Origin: Lepidodermella squamata
Lineage: Eukaryota; Animalia; Gastrotricha
Direction of reading: 5' to 3'
DNA: 64,000 bases
NCBI GenBank assembly: GCA_047495785.1
Contig: JBLDXI010000075.1
Location: 1 to 64,000 of the forward strand
Of this stretch, positions 60,127 to 64,000 are shown in pieces. The notes beneath the pieces were generated by a model. That model saw only the letters and a list, made by a program, of their open reading frames with translations, searched no databases and was not told the DNA's origin. Numbering within the stretch: the stretch's first letter is position 1; each line of letters opens with the position of its first letter. The translations under genes and the position numbers were made by a program.

Positions 60127-60371
60127 CAAGTGATGTTAAGTACCGGATGCTGAACTTCTGACTCCTCCATAATAATTTTCTCGCGCCGTCGAACCATTTT
60201 TTGTAAATGCTAAAAATAGTAACAAAATCTTCGATATATTGTGATTTGCTGTGAAGCCAAAGCTAAAAATAGAACATACTACTATTTTTGGCATTGCAAA
60301 AAATGGTTCGACGGCGCGAGAAAATTATTATGGAGATCAGTAGCTCTGCATCCGGTACTTAACATCTCTTG
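60127..60371. mobile_element. 245-bp fold-back MITE with 8-bp TSD (P-element/hAT-like)
   Basis: About 90-bp imperfect TIRs starting CAAG(T/A)GATGTTAAGTACCGGATGC; TSD TCTTCGCT at 60119-60126 and 60372-60379. Confidence 0.88.
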
Positions 60372-60566
60372 TCTTCGCTAATATTTTTAACATCCTAAGA
60401 GACTCTTACGGCGACAAACCTTCAACGAGTTTAATTACAATGGTATCAATTCAGTTTCGTTTTTGAAATGAAATAATGTTCCTCGCAAGCTATTTTATAG
60501 GCAACAATATTGGGAAAATAGGATCAGCCTCCTACTAAGAAATGATAAGAAATTACTTCAAGAAAC

Positions 60567-61941
60567 TTGGATGGATACACCAGCCATTACGACTCAGAAA
60601 CCCGCATAATTAGATTTTTTGGCACGCTGCCGAATAATTCCGAACCAATCGAAGGCGTCAAGTGGCGCTGGCCTTGTGTCGAAATTCAGATCTTCGAGGA
60701 TCGCTACACCGAATCTGGTCATTTGAGTGAGATTGTGAACCCTTCTAGGCCAGAGGATTGGGTATGGGCAGTTCACTCTAAAAATTAACGATTAATGTTA
60801 ACCATTTACCATTTATTCATCTAGTACCCTTCAGCTTTGATCTTCCCGCTTGAAGAAGTGGTTTTCGAAGGTTCGCGAGCTAAAGTCCCAAAACAACTTA
60901 TGGACGTGGTAGTTCTCGACTTTAATCCAAAATGGTGTGATGCGAGAATATTTCGTTCGAAAAGCGATGCTACAATTATGAAAGATGCTCTCGTGCAATG
61001 CGAGGAAATCGAGGACTTCGTGGAATTCAGCCTTGATTTCAATGATGTGGACCGGTACTACAAAACACGGGCTAATCGTTCATGCGATAGGCACACCGCC
61101 GATCCAGCTCTGTGTTTCTTCGATCCTCAGGTAACGGAGATGCAGAAGAGCGAAATTGTCAGGCTTTCCCGAGCTTGCTACGAGGCCGTTAAAAGCATTG
61201 AAGAGGAGGCAGATCATATTCTATATTCTGGATCTTTGATCGGCTACTGGCGACACGGTGGCCACATGATCCCGTAAACTGCTTACTTCTTCATTAATTT
61301 TTCAATGTTTTGCTAATTAATTTATAGGTGGGACGACGATCACGACATAGCAGTTATACCGCGATCGAACCCAGCGAAACCAGCCGTTTTCTACGCAAAT
61401 AAAATGATTGATGCAATAAAAATATATGGTGGAAAATACGCAATGTATTTCGATAGGAGACAAATGAAGATGAAGTGCTATTTGAATGACGAGAATTCAC
61501 AAGCTGCTCCTGCCAGACCTTCCTTCCGCATTCCGTGGCGATGGCCGTTTGTCGATATCAACATAATGGAGACGCAATTTTCCAAACGGACTGGCAAGCT
61601 GTATAGGGTGAAAGAAGGAGCAGCTCATCCTCAATTCAACGTCTGTTTTGTCACCAAAAGCTGTCGCAATGAAACATATTTTCTGTCACTAATTTCAGTA
61701 TTTGGCCAAATGGATCTTCCCGACGGGGAAAGCGATTTTTGAAGGCGTGGAGGTAAACATTCCGCATGATGATGAAGAATCATTTTTGGACCGAACCTAT
61801 ACAATTGAAGAATGTGTGGCGCCTTACTACAACCACCGCACTGAAATGAGAGTTGACTATGGAGATCGCGATGATAACAAGGGACATCTCAGTAGACCGT
61901 GTTCTGAACTATTCCACTTGTATAATTTTACGAATATCTAG
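60567..61941 (+). CDS. Tandem LicD/fukutin-family protein D, 5'-truncated paralogue of C (possible pseudogene)
   Basis: Colinear with 43086-44447 with the same intron positions; WPCVEI, GSLIGYWRH..IPWDDDHDI, ends YNFTNI. In-frame stop at 60546 and no TM-encoding first exon found. Confidence 0.75.
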
Positions 61942-62190
61942 AATATTGCAATATAGTCCGATTCAAAACAATAACAATATAGAATGAAATATGTACCTGA
62001 GAGTCAATCATATTGAAGAGACATTCTGTGACTTTCGAACAGCGGGAAGTTTTATTAAATACTCGGAATGCTTCTGGCTATATAGTATAAAGAGGATGTA
62101 TTTTTTCATATACGAATCTGTTTATTGTTTGAAAGGCTGAACATATGGCTGGCAAATGGCTTCCATTATGTCTATTCGATGATCGCAAGC

Positions 62191-62263
62191 GCCTCCTTGG
62201 CTCAGTTGGCTGTGCGCCAGTCTCATAATCTGGAGGTCGTGAGTTCGATCCTCACAGGGGGCA
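62191..62263 (+). pseudogene. tRNA-Met(CAT) with damaged D-arm
   Basis: TGTGCG replaces TAGAGCG; otherwise as the other Met copies. Confidence 0.75.
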
Positions 62264-62315
62264 GCCTTATCATTTTGGCAATCGGATCCTAATATTTAAA
62301 ACGAATTATTAATTA

Positions 62316-62356
62316 TTGAAGGTGAATTATTTAAACTTTAAATAATTCACCTTCAA
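62316..62356. repeat. Perfect 20-bp palindrome with a 1-nt spacer
   Basis: TTGAAGGTGAATTATTTAAA-C-TTTAAATAATTCACCTTCAA. Confidence 0.9.
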
Positions 62357-62389
62357 CGGGACGCCTTTTGCTATTTGATGTTTCAAGCC

Positions 62390-62461
62390 GGCCCAGTGGC
62401 CTAATGGTAAGGCGTCGGCCTCCGGAGCCGGAGATTGTGGGTTCGAGTCCCATCTGGGTCG
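62390..62461 (+). tRNA. tRNA-Arg(CCG)
   Basis: Near-identical to 56001-56072. Confidence 0.9.
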
Positions 62462-62530
62462 CTACATTTTTTTACCTCATGAACATATTGGCTCTACTTC
62501 GAAAATCAATGATTGACTCAGCTATCAGCC

Positions 62531-62609
62531 GGCTCAGTAGCTTAGTGCTTATTGGTAGAGCACCTGTCTTGTAAACAGAAGGTCACGGGTTCGATCCCCG
62601 TCTAGGCCT
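62531..62609 (+). pseudogene. tRNA-Thr(TGT) with a D-arm duplication
   Basis: GCTTAGT-GCTTATT duplication and stem mismatches. Confidence 0.72.
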
Positions 62610-63424
62610 CGACTTCTCTTTTCCCTCAATCATTAGATGCTCAATTAGAAGATGAGAATGGGACCTGGAGTAACCACAAGCACAAGCAATTTGTTATCAT
62701 CACGAAGAATTCGAAATTTTCGAGAATGAATATAGTTATTCTTCCATGGCAAACGTTCATCGTAATAAAACGATCAAATGTTTCAAATGTATTAAAAGAT
62801 TACAAGAGTAGCTGAAATCATAACTGGAATAACCAGCTTCTTGATAAATATCGGTCATTTCGGTTAAACATTTCAACCATAAAATTGCTGAATTATTAAA
62901 GGTTGATAGTGGCGCCTAATTTCAAACCAGTTTCCGCGAGCCAATACGCGTTTTTGTTTGATGAACACTTTCCTGGAAAAAATGAACTGGGAAGGAAATG
63001 GCACAATTAGTGCATCAATCAATTTAAAAAAAATTCAGCTCTTACAATTTATTACAATTTGAGATTTTCCGGGTAGCACCTCAGTTTACTTACTTTGATT
63101 TAATTATTCTATAAGGTAAATCTGCCCGCATTGTACAAACAAAGACGCTGCTGGCATGGAGGATTGAAATTATTGGTTTCCTGGCACATTCATTGTTCGC
63201 GGAAATATCAATAATAAATCAGTGTCATTCATGTAGCTTTTTACATAGGCTATTTAACCAATATCGATCTCCTTCAATTCCTAACTCACACAGAGAGTAT
63301 ATGTTCAAACAAAAAATCCTGATAGTCCTAGTTATAGTGGGAGAATATAGAGAGCAGACATATCTGGGTAACTGGGGGCTGCTTTGAAACACTTTTCAGG
63401 CTCTAACCGAGACCGGGCATTGCA

Positions 63425-64000
63425 ATGCTGGGATTTATCGTGCTACAATTTTTAGCTTATTCGGCAGCCTTAGAACGATTATCCCACCAGCCGGTGTTAA
63501 TCACTCAACAGGACCTCATCGATTACTGCGGCCTATCTACAGAGGTTCCGAATGCGAAACGAATTTTTAACAAAACCTCGACTGAGTCTCAATCAGTGAG
63601 TGTTGAATTCATTCTGGACCGGTTCATTGGCATCGATGATCGAAGTGAGACTTTCACGGTGACTGGAAATCTGCATTTTCGATGGAATGATACATGTTAC
63701 TCGGAAGATTTCTACTCGCTCAACAATGCTACAGCTGGGAGCGTAGAAAGCGGCACACGGATTTTTGCGAAGAATTGGGAAGACATGTTCCACCCTCGCA
63801 TTAGGTTGAGAAACAGTATCAAAGACACAGGTAAGCTCAAGACATGTAAATTTCCTAATTTTAGTTATTTTCGCAGCCATGGTGACTGATTTCAACATAT
63901 ACTTGACGCTAACTAGCTACAACCAAGAACAGCCGCGTCAAGTTCTTATCAGTAATGTCTGGACTTTTTACGGAAGATTTGAAACAACCTGCAGTCTCGT
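63425..64000 (+). CDS. Divergent Cys-loop ligand-gated channel/LBD gene, 5' part (runs off the window)
   Basis: Signal peptide, VSVEFILDRFIGIDDRSETFTVTGNLHFRWND, FHPRIRLRNS; intron 63831-63876, then ...YGRFETTCSL (first Cys of the loop). Confidence 0.75.

Noticed and set aside
19004-61941. LicD genes as bacterial contamination or a lic operon
   Set aside because: They have spliceosomal introns and type II anchors, sit among animal genes, and no licA/B/C is present.

Overview
This is eukaryotic (invertebrate animal) genomic DNA with many short GT-AG introns. Bases 1-15.8 kb are mostly transposon material: an intron-containing Ginger2/KRBA2-type integrase, a Tc1/mariner MITE, a piggyBac Cys-rich remnant, other repeats and a decaying tRNA cluster. 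The rest holds four paralogues of an unusual tandem LicD/fukutin-family gene, each pairing a catalytically degenerate N-terminal domain with an intact C-terminal WDDDxD domain. One paralogue hosts two antisense intronless genes (ankyrin-SOCS box, class C GPCR) in its introns. Also present: a second copy of that GPCR, a LamG/pentraxin-fold protein, a GluN2-like NMDA receptor with Lys at the Q/R/N site and an inverted tRNA-Leu pair in its first intron, a secreted AChBP-like protein, an intronless sterol-desaturase-family gene, the start of another Cys-loop gene, several copies of a tRNA cassette (Arg-Thr-Met-Glu-Val-Ala-Val) and three non-LTR retrotransposon fragments. All gene models were assembled by eye from ORFs and splice signals; no searches were run.
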